Assembly: GCA_038321985.1 (NCBI GenBank)
Contig: JBBQFN010000013.1
Location: forward strand, 32,001 to 96,000
Source: Cyanophyceae cyanobacterium
Lineage (GTDB): Bacteria; Cyanobacteriota; Cyanobacteriia; Cyanobacteriales; Laspinemataceae
Length of the DNA stretch: 64,000 nt
Reading direction: 5' to 3'
Shown here: in pieces, positions 30,801 through 40,055 of the stretch
Numbering within the stretch: the first letter of the stretch is position 1
Layout of the letters: each line of letters opens with the position of its first letter
The notes under the pieces: generated by a model
Database searches by the model: none
Seen by the model: only the letters and a program-made list of their open reading frames with translations
What the model was told of the DNA's origin: nothing
Made by a program: the position numbers and the translations under genes

Positions 30801-33800
30801 CTTAAAATTACGGGAGAAATTTCCGAACCATACTCTGACGCCGAAAATCAATAATATATTCGCCCATACCATTAATCCTTTCTGGCAACATCTTCAGACC
30901 AATTTACCCTTGTATCGAGAGTCCTATAAGGTCAGTTTGGAAATGGGGGATATTATTTTTGGAGTTTGGGCGGTTACCTATCAGTTTTGGACGCAATTAA
31001 TTATTGGAAAGCCACTACCCGAGGTCTATGAGAAGTCGGAAAAATACCTAACTTTCATGGAACAAACTAACGATCGCAATATGATCGCGGGTTATCGCAC
31101 CTTGCAACAGACTGTTCTAAACCTCCAGGGATTAACGGATAGCCCGATTACCTTGAATAGCCCCGATTACGATGAAACCGCTACTCTGCAATTTTGGGCA
31201 GACAATCAATTTTATGTAGGCATGAATTGGTTCTGGATGCTCAAGAGTCTCGTTTTGTTTCTCCAAGAAGACTATCCAGCCGCGTTGATTGTTGCCCGTC
31301 AAGCGGATGAAACCATTGGGACGAATTTCGGCTTTTTCAGCATGACGCAACATTATTTTTATTATTCCTTAATTCTGAGTGCTCTTTATCCAACAGCCCA
31401 GGAAGAGGAAAAAGCCCACCTGTGGAATAGTCTGCATCAAAATCGCCAAAATCTCAAACTTTGGGCAGAAACAGGGAAAGAGAATTTTCTCCATAAGTAT
31501 TTGTTAGTTGAGGCAGAAATTGCCCGAATCAGCAACCATCCCTTAGAGGCAATGGAACTTTATGATCGCGCGATCGCCCTCGCCCAAGAACATGGATATT
31601 TGCATATTGAAGCGATCGCCAACGAACTCGCCGCCAAGTTTTACCTGGGCTTAGGACGAATTAAAATCGCCAAAACTTATCTCACCGATGCGCGCTATCA
31701 TTATAGTCTGTGGGGGGCCGCGAGCAAAGTTGAGCAACTCGATAAAACCTATCCCGAACTATTAGTAAGAGCCTCTATTCGAGAAGCTGCCCCGGGAGAC
31801 TTCAGTCAAACCACAACCGGAGAACACTCGACCACCGTGGGGAATGCAGCCCTCCTTGATATTGCGACGGTGATGAAAGCCTCCCAAACAATTTCTTCGG
31901 AAATTGTCTTAGAAACCTTGCTTGAAAAGTTAATGCATATTCTCATCGAAAATGCAGGGGCTCAAAAAGGACATTTGCTACTTGATCGCGGGGGAAAATT
32001 TGTCCGGGTTGCCGAGGGAAATGTCGAGAATGAAAAAGTGACCCTGCTGCCCTCTATTCCCCTGGAAAACTCGTCGAATCTGCCCTTGGGATTAATTCAT
32101 TATGTCGATCGCACCCAGAAACCGGTACTCCTAAATAACGCCGTTGGGGAAGGACTCTTTACCACCGACCCCTACATCGTTAGCCATCAAGTTAAATCAG
32201 TTTTATGTACACCAATTGTGCATCAAGGCAAGCGAGTCGGGTTACTGTATCTGGAAAATAACCGTGCAGAGGGCGCATTTACAACAGATCGTCTGGAAGT
32301 CCTGCGAATGCTATCGGGACAGGCAGCAATCTCCCTAGAACTGGCGCGTGCCGTCAAACAAGTACAGGATACCGTCGCCTATCTGAGCGCGATTATCACT
32401 AATATTGCGGACGGACTGCTCGTCACCGATGCTCAGGGTCAAATTGCACGGGTGAATCCGGCACTGCTTGCTATGTTTGATCGCCCAGAAAGTGAGGCCG
32501 TGGGGAAACATTGTTCAGAGCTGTTTAAGCCCGATCTCGCCCAAGCTATTACCCGGAGTATAAATTCTCCGAACGAAGTGCTAACAGCAGAGGTAGAACT
32601 AGCCTTTGATCGCGTGGGTAAAGCCGTCGCCACCTCGATTTTGCCTCATGACCCCTCAGAAGGCGATTCAACTGACTGTATTGGCACGGTTATCTTGATT
32701 CGAGATATCACCACGGAGAAAGAAGTTGATCGCATGAAGACTGATTTTATCTCTACGGTTTCTCACGAACTGCGGACACCCCTCACTTCTGTTGTCGGCT
32801 TTGCCAAACTGATCCAGAAAAAATTACAGGACAAGATTTTACCCAGCTTCCAGGAATCCGATCGCAAAACCCAAAAGGCAGTCGCTCAGGTAGCGGATAA
32901 CATTAATATTATTATCTCCGAAGGCGAACGGCTGACCAATTTGATCAATGACGTCCTGGATATTGCCAAAATGGAAGCTGGAAAAGTCGATTGGCAGATG
33001 CAGCCGTTGGAGGTAGAGGAACTCATCGAGCGGGCATTTGCGGCTACATCCAGCCTGTTTGAAAATAGTGGATTGGAGCGAATCCGGGAGATTGAACCCG
33101 GATTGCCCGAGGTGATAGGCGATCGCGATCGCCTGCTACAAGTGCTGATCAATTTAATCTCCAATGCGGTCAAATTTACGCGCACCGGCTCCGTCACCAT
33201 CCGTGCGCGAGTACAGAATGATGAAATGGTGATTGATATCATCGATACCGGGATTGGCATTCCCCCGGAATATCAAGAAACCGTGTTTGAGAAATTTAAG
33301 CAAGTCGGGGATACCCTTACGGACAAACCAAAAGGCACGGGATTGGGACTACCCATTTGTAAGCAGATCGTCGAACATCACCAGGGTCGAATTTGGGTGG
33401 AAAGTGAGGGAGAAGGGCGCACAACTTTCTCCTTTACACTTCCCCTTACCCTAGAGAGTGGGTTCCATCTCCCAGAAAAACTCAACCTCCAGACCCTCGT
33501 CCAGCAGTTGAAACAGAACATCGTGCAGCATCCGGAGAACCTTCACAGCGATCGCCCGAAAACCATCCTCGTCGTTGATGATGAGGCTCACATTCGCTCC
33601 CTACTGCGCCAGGAATTAGAAGCATCCGGCTATGAAGTCCGGGAAGCGAAAGATGGCATGGAGGCGATCGCCCAGGTGAAAGCGGCTCAACCCGACTTGA
33701 TCCTCCTGGATATCATGATGCCGCAAATTAGCGGATTTGACGTGGCGGCTGTCCTCAAAAATGATCCCAATACGATGCATATCCCGATCGCCATCCTCTC

Positions 33801-34191
33801 GATCATTGAAGATAAACAACGAGGCTATCGTCTAGGGGTTGATCGCTATTTAACTAAGCCTATTGATCGAGAAGATTTGCTCAACCAGATCGGGTTTCTC
33901 CTTTCTCAGAAAACCTCCAAAAAGAAAGTTTTGGTGGTAGATGAAGATATTAGTGCCGTCAAACTCTTAGCAGATGTTTTAGAAGCGAAAGGATATGTTG
34001 TCACCGAAGCATCAACCGGCCCGGAATGTATCGAAAAAGCACGCTCGGTCAAACCGGATATGATTATAGTAGATTCTCTATTTTCAGAGCGGCACAATAT
34101 CGCTAAAACTTTGCGATTTGAAAAGGGATTAGAAAATGTCTTCTTCCTGTTGCTTTCTGAAAATCAGGAGGCTGATTCAGGGACCAACTGA
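27808..34191 (+). CDS. Ser/Thr kinase-AAA ATPase-GAF-PAS-histidine kinase-REC-REC multidomain sensor
   Basis: HKDIKPSN, DFS and YMSPEQTGRMNR kinase motifs; Walker A GYSGIGKT; FLDDLQWAD; VSHELRTPL; GTGLGL; two REC-like domains. Confidence 0.95.
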   Translation: MTNPKISLSIPGYKISEEIQAGSKNLIYRAIRRSDQKPVILKALASEYPSLEELARLKHEYEITRNLNIPRLIKPCAIEPIQNSLMLVFDDEGGQSLKQVLLTQKLGIENFFKIAIQLTETLGELHQEQIVHKDIKPSNIIILNPSQSLSVRITDFSIATRLSRETQTVNHHPTLLEGTLAYMSPEQTGRMNRCLDYRTDFYSLGITFYEMLAGQLPFEAEDPLELIHSHIAKQPVSLQDLVPEVPSSVSEIVMKLMAKTAEDRYQSAYGIKADLEYCLTHLTDIETLSHFTPGQWDKSGRFVLSQRLYGRDREVASLLEAFNRISSVSPNYQPDFSGESVTQGTPELILIAGYSGIGKTSIVHEVHKPIVRQRGYFISGKFDQFKRDIPYASLIQAFQSLIRQLLTEPPEQIAQWQQKLLEAVGDSGEMIIDVIPEVESIIGKQPSISPLGPSEAQNRFNRVFKQFIHVFTQPAHPLVVFLDDLQWADAASLKLLELLMTDAESHHLLMIGAYRDNEVSPTHPFMLTVEEIEKMGAKVTTIELEPLGVTHVTELISDSFSCSLERAQPLADLVFKKTQGNPFFLTQLLKSLHRDNLLSFDFNQGLWEWNIERIRSIGITENVVELMVGKIRQFSENAQDALKLAACIGNRFDLNILAIVRERSPSLTAGDLWEALQEGLVLPLSEAYKIPTVSENLDGIEVSYQFLHDRVQQAAYSLIPDVQKKAVHLKIGQLLLHNTPEAELEEKIFDIVNHLNIGVQLIKGSEEKTRLAKLNAIAGKKSKASNAYHSAIVHFSLGMDLLETNSWDTHYDLTFFLHRELGESQYLVGNFDQAESLFNRALSQAKSRFERAQIYSIYIAACMTKGDNYYQAMQLGIEGLKDFGLNFPSQEADLPAAVIAEQETVQTLLIGQNIADLLNVPEMTDPDKKVAMNLLVNSWTATYFANSPYWLALMGLKMVSLTLDYGPVDTSAFGYVVYGMILAGHQDYQSAYQFGDLALKLREKFPNHTLTPKINNIFAHTINPFWQHLQTNLPLYRESYKVSLEMGDIIFGVWAVTYQFWTQLIIGKPLPEVYEKSEKYLTFMEQTNDRNMIAGYRTLQQTVLNLQGLTDSPITLNSPDYDETATLQFWADNQFYVGMNWFWMLKSLVLFLQEDYPAALIVARQADETIGTNFGFFSMTQHYFYYSLILSALYPTAQEEEKAHLWNSLHQNRQNLKLWAETGKENFLHKYLLVEAEIARISNHPLEAMELYDRAIALAQEHGYLHIEAIANELAAKFYLGLGRIKIAKTYLTDARYHYSLWGAASKVEQLDKTYPELLVRASIREAAPGDFSQTTTGEHSTTVGNAALLDIATVMKASQTISSEIVLETLLEKLMHILIENAGAQKGHLLLDRGGKFVRVAEGNVENEKVTLLPSIPLENSSNLPLGLIHYVDRTQKPVLLNNAVGEGLFTTDPYIVSHQVKSVLCTPIVHQGKRVGLLYLENNRAEGAFTTDRLEVLRMLSGQAAISLELARAVKQVQDTVAYLSAIITNIADGLLVTDAQGQIARVNPALLAMFDRPESEAVGKHCSELFKPDLAQAITRSINSPNEVLTAEVELAFDRVGKAVATSILPHDPSEGDSTDCIGTVILIRDITTEKEVDRMKTDFISTVSHELRTPLTSVVGFAKLIQKKLQDKILPSFQESDRKTQKAVAQVADNINIIISEGERLTNLINDVLDIAKMEAGKVDWQMQPLEVEELIERAFAATSSLFENSGLERIREIEPGLPEVIGDRDRLLQVLINLISNAVKFTRTGSVTIRARVQNDEMVIDIIDTGIGIPPEYQETVFEKFKQVGDTLTDKPKGTGLGLPICKQIVEHHQGRIWVESEGEGRTTFSFTLPLTLESGFHLPEKLNLQTLVQQLKQNIVQHPENLHSDRPKTILVVDDEAHIRSLLRQELEASGYEVREAKDGMEAIAQVKAAQPDLILLDIMMPQISGFDVAAVLKNDPNTMHIPIAILSIIEDKQRGYRLGVDRYLTKPIDREDLLNQIGFLLSQKTSKKKVLVVDEDISAVKLLADVLEAKGYVVTEASTGPECIEKARSVKPDMIIVDSLFSERHNIAKTLRFEKGLENVFFLLLSENQEADSGTN

Positions 34192-34459
34192 AGGGGGTAG
34201 CTCACGGGTGGGGGTTCAAATAAGCAGTAGAAAGCGGTAAATATAAGGTCCGGGAACAAAAGACCTTCTGGAGGGAGTTGCCCAGTCCCAGCGCTTAAAC
34301 CGGAGCTAATCTGACTGGAAGTGCTCCGGGCCGCTCATCACCAGATTTGACGTCATAGCAGTTCTTAAACACCACTCCCGAACAGTGAATATCCCCCTTA
34401 CCATCCTTTCCATTATTGAGGACAAACCAGGCGGGGGTCAGGGGTAAATTGAGCGCGAC

Positions 34460-34805
34460 TGATACCCCAGTCATCAATACAGAAAAACGATTGAAACATC
34501 TCAGAACTTTACTTGCCAAAGGGGTCTCGACAAAGAACAAGACCGTCGGGGATGAAGATGCCGGGGCCATTCAAACCTGAGTCGATGTCTTAGAGACAAA
34601 GGGAGATAGCCTAGTGGCGGCAGTAAAAGGTCAAAAGTACAGTAAAAAAGTAAGAGCGATCAGACCTGATATAATTATTTTGAATTCTGTGCTGTCCGAG
34701 CATCACGAAATCGTCAAAATCTTACGATGGGAAAAAGGGCTGGAAAATGCCTTGTTTCTATTGTGGTATGACGAAAGTTCGGATTTTTTCGGGTACCGCA
34801 ACTGA
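34460..34805 (+). pseudogene. Remnant paralogue of the terminal REC domain of the upstream kinase
   Basis: Frame reads ...LLAKGVSTKNKTVGDEDAGAIQT*VDVLETKG...RPDIIILNSVLSEHHEIVKILRWEKGLENALFLL, which aligns with ...LLSQKTSKKKVLVVDEDISAV...RFEKGLENVFFLL. Stop at 34578. Confidence 0.75.
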
Positions 34806-34902
34806 ACAGAACACCGGTGAAGACGTGCTAACTCAGAGTGGAAAAAGAAATTTTTTAACTTTTGAATTAAGCTGTCTTCAGTTTACCTATATAGGAGGTT
34901 AT

Positions 34903-35283
34903 ATGGCGAAAAAAATTTTAATTGTGGATGATGAACCCCATATCCGCATTCTCATGGAGCAAACCCTGGAAGAACTCGAAGATGAGGGAGTAGAATTGCT
35001 AACGGCAGTTAATGGAGAAGAGGCGCTCAATACTATTAAATCTGAAAGACCCGAATTAGTATTTTTGGATGTTATGATGCCCAAAATGAGCGGATTTGAA
35101 GTTTGTCACGCGGTCAAAAATGAACTAGGAATTAAAGATGTTTATATTATCATGCTCACGGCCAAAGGTCAAGAGTTTGATAAACAAAAAGGCAGTGAAT
35201 CTGGGGCTGATTTGTACATGACGAAGCCATTTGATCCCGATGAAGTGCTGGAAAAATCAATGGAGATTTTAGGGATAGATTAA
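34903..35283 (+). CDS. Single-domain response regulator
   Basis: MAKKILIVDDE...FLDVMMP...TKPF. The AGGAGG SD supports a start at 34903 rather than 34747. Confidence 0.92.
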   Translation: MAKKILIVDDEPHIRILMEQTLEELEDEGVELLTAVNGEEALNTIKSERPELVFLDVMMPKMSGFEVCHAVKNELGIKDVYIIMLTAKGQEFDKQKGSESGADLYMTKPFDPDEVLEKSMEILGID

Positions 35284-35292
35284 ATTCTGCCC

Positions 35293-35322
35293 TGTGGGGG
35301 CGATTTACGCATCGCCCTTACA
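35293..35322. repeat. GTAGGGGCG-type REP-like palindrome (degenerate)
   Basis: TGTGGGGGCGAT-TTACGC-ATCGCCCTTACA just after a stop codon; a related copy lies at 55083-55110. Confidence 0.55.
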
Positions 35323-35476
35323 TTTGGAGGGTAAAATGGAAAAAAACCCACCTATTTAAGGGGGAAACCCCCAGAATACGCTTTGTAGCTCAGGGAGAGA
35401 GTAATCCCACAAGATATTCAACAAATTTTAAAGCCAGATTAAGTATTAATCAGGGAATTGGGCAGGATATTTAACG

Positions 35477-36130
35477 ATGACTCAACGGTTGCCTCAAACT
35501 TACATTTATTTACATGGATTTGCATCTAGTCCCGACTCATTCAAGGCCAATTATCTGCGCGATCGCTTTGCTGAACTGGCAATCCCTCTGATAATTCCTA
35601 ATCTCAATCAGGAGAATTTTTCTAACTTAACTCTAACGCGCCAACTGGAACAAGTTAGGGCTGAATTACCACCTGAACCGGCTACGGTTAATCTAATTGG
35701 TTCCAGTTTTGGCGGACTGACTGCTGCCTGGTTAGCTGAACGCTATCCCCAGATTGAGCGCCTGGTTTTATTAGCCCCCGCTTTTGAATTTCTGACTCAT
35801 TGGACGGCAAATTTAGGACCGCAACGGATCCAACAGTGGCAGGAACAAGGGAATTTGCCAGTTTATCATTATGGGGAAAAGCGAGAAATTTCCCTGAATT
35901 ATCAATTTATAACGGACGCGCAATGCTACTTTGAAAATCAGCTACAGCGACAGCTACCCACCTTGATTTTACATGGGATAAGGGATGAAGTAATTCCGGT
36001 CGAAGCGAGTCGCCGGTTTGCCGAGTCTCGTCTTTGGGTGAAGGCGATAGAATTTGATAGCGATCATGGGTTGGGGAATGTTATGCCAGAGATTTGGAAA
36101 GCTATCCAGATTTTTTGTAGGATTTCATAG
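35477..36130 (+). CDS. YqiA/YcfP family esterase
   Basis: YLHGFASSP, GSSFGG, HGIRDEVIP, SDH. Confidence 0.9.
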   Translation: MTQRLPQTYIYLHGFASSPDSFKANYLRDRFAELAIPLIIPNLNQENFSNLTLTRQLEQVRAELPPEPATVNLIGSSFGGLTAAWLAERYPQIERLVLLAPAFEFLTHWTANLGPQRIQQWQEQGNLPVYHYGEKREISLNYQFITDAQCYFENQLQRQLPTLILHGIRDEVIPVEASRRFAESRLWVKAIEFDSDHGLGNVMPEIWKAIQIFCRIS

Positions 36131-36161
36131 GGAAGCGACTCAATTAGTTACTCAGAACAAT

Positions 36162-36214
36162 TAAACAGAAGGAAATGCAGGATCAAGTCTCTATGCTACA
36201 TTTCCTTCTGTTTA
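36162..36214. terminator. Bidirectional stem-loop between convergent genes
   Basis: 16-bp perfect inverted repeat TAAACAGAAGGAAATG/CATTTCCTTCTGTTTA. Confidence 0.65.
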
Positions 36215-36225
36215 TAAAAAGATGT

Positions 36226-37119
36226 TTATAAAAAGTCGCCGATCGCTGCAAAAACATCATCGGCATATTCTTCGTGCATTCCCAGGGAACCGGCTACCCG
36301 CGCCGATTCCACCCCAGGCAATTGTGAGACTGCCTCCATCACTGACTTGGAACCGGAGGGGGCGAGATCGGCGATAATCACCTTCACCGGAACGGGTAAG
36401 GGTTGGAACTGCGCTAATATTTGAGGGCGATCGCCTGCCGGGTCCAAAGTTCCCGTCACAAAGGCCACCGGGGCAAATCTTCCCCCCGGATGCTGGGTAC
36501 TGTCGCGCTTTTGAGCAATAAATTCCGTCGTCAACTTGGCCGGGTCCACAAAAACGTGCTGTTTATACATAAATTCCAGAAATGCCGGATGAGTATTCAA
36601 CTCATAGAGAAACTCCCCAATGCCCGGAGTTCTCACCGTTTCTCTCACCAAATCTCGCAAGGGTTCCGGTACCCCCATAATCCGCAGGGGTCCCAGCCAA
36701 GTCGGTGCAACTAACACCACCTTAGAAACCCTTTCGGGCTGAGTTTTTGCCAGTTTCATCGCATATCCGGCCCCATGTCCAGCAGCAACTATGACGATGG
36801 GTCTGCCAAAAACAGAGGTGACAAAATCTGCCAGAAACTGATGGTAGAAGTCTGGACCATATTGTACCCCCGGGCGATCGGAGTCTCCAAATCCAGGCCA
36901 ATCGACTGCCACCACTTCAAACCGATCGCACAAGAGCTCCGCCATCCCCAGCATTTCACCGCGACTGGAGACGGTACTGAAGGCGGGTAACAATAGCAGA
37001 GGCGTCCCCCGTCCTCGGGTTTCATAGGCAACGGCGATCGCCTGGTTTTCGTAGTTCCAGAGACACTCTTGTACTGTTCCGCCAATCTTTGTTTCTTTGA
37101 ATTCCGTTACGTTTGTCAT
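36226..37119 (-). CDS. Alpha/beta-fold hydrolase-like protein
   Basis: DWPGFGDSDRP; GMHEEY; atypical nucleophile elbow AAGHGAG. Confidence 0.85.
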   Translation of the reverse strand: MTNVTEFKETKIGGTVQECLWNYENQAIAVAYETRGRGTPLLLLPAFSTVSSRGEMLGMAELLCDRFEVVAVDWPGFGDSDRPGVQYGPDFYHQFLADFVTSVFGRPIVIVAAGHGAGYAMKLAKTQPERVSKVVLVAPTWLGPLRIMGVPEPLRDLVRETVRTPGIGEFLYELNTHPAFLEFMYKQHVFVDPAKLTTEFIAQKRDSTQHPGGRFAPVAFVTGTLDPAGDRPQILAQFQPLPVPVKVIIADLAPSGSKSVMEAVSQLPGVESARVAGSLGMHEEYADDVFAAIGDFL

Positions 37120-37241
37120 AGGTTGTTTGTTATTGATTATTTGTCCTTTGTTGTGAATTATTATATCTCAATTATAAAAAAGAGTGCGTTATTTTTTAAT
37201 AAAACGCACCCTCAATTTGCGGAGGAAATGATGATTAAAAT

Positions 37242-37349
37242 TTAACTCATTTCTCTGACTTACTCTACGGGCAACTTTAGGGCTTCAGCCACCTGTTCGG
37301 GAGTCAACCCCATCCCTAACAAACGGGACACGACCTCTCGCTGCGATCG
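37242..37349 (-). pseudogene. C-terminal fragment resembling Rpn/DUF2887-type nuclease tails
   Basis: Reads RSQREVVSRLLGMGLTPEQVAEALKLPVE*VREMS*; no start codon; begins at a HIP1 site. Confidence 0.6.
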
Positions 37350-37368
37350 CTATATTTTTTATCGGAAA

Positions 37369-38403
37369 TTACACCAAGCAATCTGCTAACTGTGCTTTAA
37401 GTTGGGCTGAATCTAAATTGCGTCCAATTAAAACCAGTTGATTTTGGGGGGGTTCTAGCCAATCTTCTTGGTTCAAATCGTAGCGAGGACCGCTCAGTTG
37501 AAAAACATGACGCGCTTCACTTTCTGCAAACCATAAAATCCCTTTAGCTCGAAATACAGCCGTTGAGACTTTTTCCGTTAGAAAGGTTTCAAATTTCTTG
37601 ACGGCAAAGGGGCGATCGCTTTGAAAGGAGACGGAGATAAACCCATCATTTTCTAAATGTTCAGAATGATGGTGATGATGAGCATGATCATGATGCTCAT
37701 GATGGTGATGATGAGCCGGATCAGGGTTCTGTTCCTGTGAGTCATACTTTTTATACGCTGCCACATCCGTCAATGCCACATCCAAAATCAAGGGCAAGGG
37801 GACTTCTCCATATTGCGATCTCAGCATTCTCGCCCCGACTTTCACTGTGCGAATGTAAGATTCTAATTCCTCAACTTTTTCAGGGGGAGTTAAATCAGTT
37901 TTGTTCAAGAGGACGATATCCGCAAAAGCCACTTGTTTTAAAGCCGCTTCACTGTCGAAATGGTCTGGAGTAAAGGTGGAAGTATCGACCAAGGTTAATA
38001 CCGAATCCAGTCGAGTCAGGTCTCGTAATTCAGTCCCGACAAAGGTAAGGATAATTGGCAAAGGGTCGGCAATACCTGTGGTTTCTATCACTAAATAATC
38101 AATTTTATCTTGCCGTTCTAGGATGCGGTAGACGGCATCGACTAAGCCATCATTAATCGTACAGCAGATACAGCCATTACTCAGTTCCACCATATCCTGA
38201 TCCAGGGAAACCAAAAGCTGGGAATCAATATTAATATCCCCAAACTCATTAACGAGAACCGCCACTTTTAAATCCTGCTTATTTTTGAGGATTTGATTGA
38301 GCAGGGTGGTTTTACCACTGCCTAAAAAGCCGGTAATAATCGTCACGGGCATTCCCCGTTTGGGCAAATCTAACTCAGGGATTGGGTTGAATGTTGTATT
38401 CAT
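37369..38403 (-). CDS. COG0523/CobW family GTPase metallochaperone with His-rich insert
   Basis: GFLGSGKTT, NEFG, GCICC, ETTGIADP, NKTD, poly-His stretch, RAKG. Confidence 0.93.
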   Translation of the reverse strand: MNTTFNPIPELDLPKRGMPVTIITGFLGSGKTTLLNQILKNKQDLKVAVLVNEFGDINIDSQLLVSLDQDMVELSNGCICCTINDGLVDAVYRILERQDKIDYLVIETTGIADPLPIILTFVGTELRDLTRLDSVLTLVDTSTFTPDHFDSEAALKQVAFADIVLLNKTDLTPPEKVEELESYIRTVKVGARMLRSQYGEVPLPLILDVALTDVAAYKKYDSQEQNPDPAHHHHHEHHDHAHHHHHSEHLENDGFISVSFQSDRPFAVKKFETFLTEKVSTAVFRAKGILWFAESEARHVFQLSGPRYDLNQEDWLEPPQNQLVLIGRNLDSAQLKAQLADCLV

Positions 38404-38463
38404 GGATTAAATGAAAATAAAGGTTGACAGGAGAAACAAGTCAGGAATAATCTAAAAAAGCCG

Positions 38464-38901
38464 TTATTTTTCAGGCCGGGCATAAACCAGGGCTTGATTT
38501 TTCATGGTTTGAAAAATGTTGTAAAATCCGTTAGCACGAGATGGGGTAAGATTGACATTCAATCCGGTGTCTTGAATAAAGTCGGGAGATAATTTGATAA
38601 TGGTTTCTGGAGAAAGCCCGCTTAACCCTTCAACTAATAATCCTAGTAATCCTTTGACAATCTGAGCTTCAGAATCTCCCTTGAAAAATAATTTACCCTC
38701 CTCTAAAGTGGCTGTAACATAGACTTGAGAAACGCAGCCCGGAACTTTGTTTTCGGGGACTTTATCTGCTTCCTCCAAGGGGGGAAGTTTTTTAGCATAC
38801 CAGAGTAGTTGTTCATAACGTTTTTTTACGTCAGAATGCCGCTGAAACCGTTGCACAATTCGACCGAGGTTTTCAGGTATTTCTCGTGGGTCGTTGGTCA
38901 T
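38464..38901 (-). CDS. sufE: Cysteine desulfuration protein SufE
   Basis: VPGCVSQVY, DSEAQIVKGL, LTPSRANG. Confidence 0.92.
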   Translation of the reverse strand: MTNDPREIPENLGRIVQRFQRHSDVKKRYEQLLWYAKKLPPLEEADKVPENKVPGCVSQVYVTATLEEGKLFFKGDSEAQIVKGLLGLLVEGLSGLSPETIIKLSPDFIQDTGLNVNLTPSRANGFYNIFQTMKNQALVYARPEK

Positions 38902-38951
38902 TGGTTATTGCTTGTTTATTGTTGAGATTTAGGGGTTTGAAATGGGGGTAA

Positions 38952-40055
38952 CTAGGTACTAAATCCTCGACCCGCAGTGGATTTGCACCATATAATTAAC
39001 TCGCCGCTTACACCAGCAGCGGCGAGCGCCTCTCCTTGAGGATGCCATGCGACATTAGAAAATCCAGCCGGTGCACCTTCTAGAAGTTGCCACACTTGTT
39101 CGGCATCACGCCAGATATACAGTTGACCATCTTCGGCAGCGGAGGCAAGGTGAAAGGTTCCCGGTTGAAAACCGATCGCCTGGACAACAGCGGAATGTCC
39201 TTCTAATTCCCAGCCATCCCACCCCGCATTCGGTCCAAACTGCTTTTCCCAGACGGCAATGGATTCGGCATGGGAAACCGCTAATAATGGCGTTCCTAAC
39301 CCTGTCGCCGAATCGGACCATGCCAGTTGTCGCACTTTCCCATAAAACCCGCGCATCACCCAGGGATGGGGGTTTTTGATTTCCACCACCACTAGGGTAC
39401 TATCCATATTTCCGGCGGCCAGATACTGGCCTTCCGGGGACCAGGCGATCGCCACGGATACTGAGGGAATCTCTAAAGAATACGGGTCTTCTTGCCAATC
39501 TCTGACATCCCAAATTTTTACCCCTTGGTTTCCAGCAACTGCCAAATATTCACCCAAGGGATGCCATGCGATCGCTAACACACTGGACTGGTCAAAACCC
39601 AGGCTTGCCACGGTTTCTTTTGTCTCTAAATTCCAGACAAAAACTTGTTTTCCTCCGTTATAAGCCAAGAGATTTTGGACCGGACTCCAGGCTAGTTTAT
39701 CAATCCAAGCCCGTTCTGCATTTAAGGTCGTAATCAACTCCCTTGAATCGCCCGAAACCTGCCAAATTTTTACCGTTCCTTCCTCACCGCCTGCGGCTAA
39801 AAACTGACTGTCAAATGAAAAAGACAGCATATCAATAGAATGTCCGGACTCCCCTTGTAAATAGTGGAGCTTTTCCCTAGATTCGTCTTGCCAAAGAACC
39901 ACCTCCCCGACTGCCGAAGCCGCCGCCAGGGTAGTTCCATCCGGGGACCAAATGAGGGATATGGCATAATCACTGAGCATTCCCTGCCACTGTTTTTGCC
40001 ACGGTAGGACGGCTTTACCGAGTCTTTTTTTGCCGGACCCTCCTAAACTAAACAC
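38952..40055 (-). CDS. WD40 repeat protein
   Basis: Repeated xAWSP/WHP-G-xxLA...G.VxxW blades; overlaps the upstream COG0523 gene. Confidence 0.9.
   Translation of the reverse strand: MFSLGGSGKKRLGKAVLPWQKQWQGMLSDYAISLIWSPDGTTLAAASAVGEVVLWQDESREKLHYLQGESGHSIDMLSFSFDSQFLAAGGEEGTVKIWQVSGDSRELITTLNAERAWIDKLAWSPVQNLLAYNGGKQVFVWNLETKETVASLGFDQSSVLAIAWHPLGEYLAVAGNQGVKIWDVRDWQEDPYSLEIPSVSVAIAWSPEGQYLAAGNMDSTLVVVEIKNPHPWVMRGFYGKVRQLAWSDSATGLGTPLLAVSHAESIAVWEKQFGPNAGWDGWELEGHSAVVQAIGFQPGTFHLASAAEDGQLYIWRDAEQVWQLLEGAPAGFSNVAWHPQGEALAAAGVSGELIIWCKSTAGRGFST

Noticed and set aside
34747..34902. N-terminal extension of the response regulator ORF
   Set aside because: Strong SD before ATG 34903, and the extension overlaps the pseudogene remnant.
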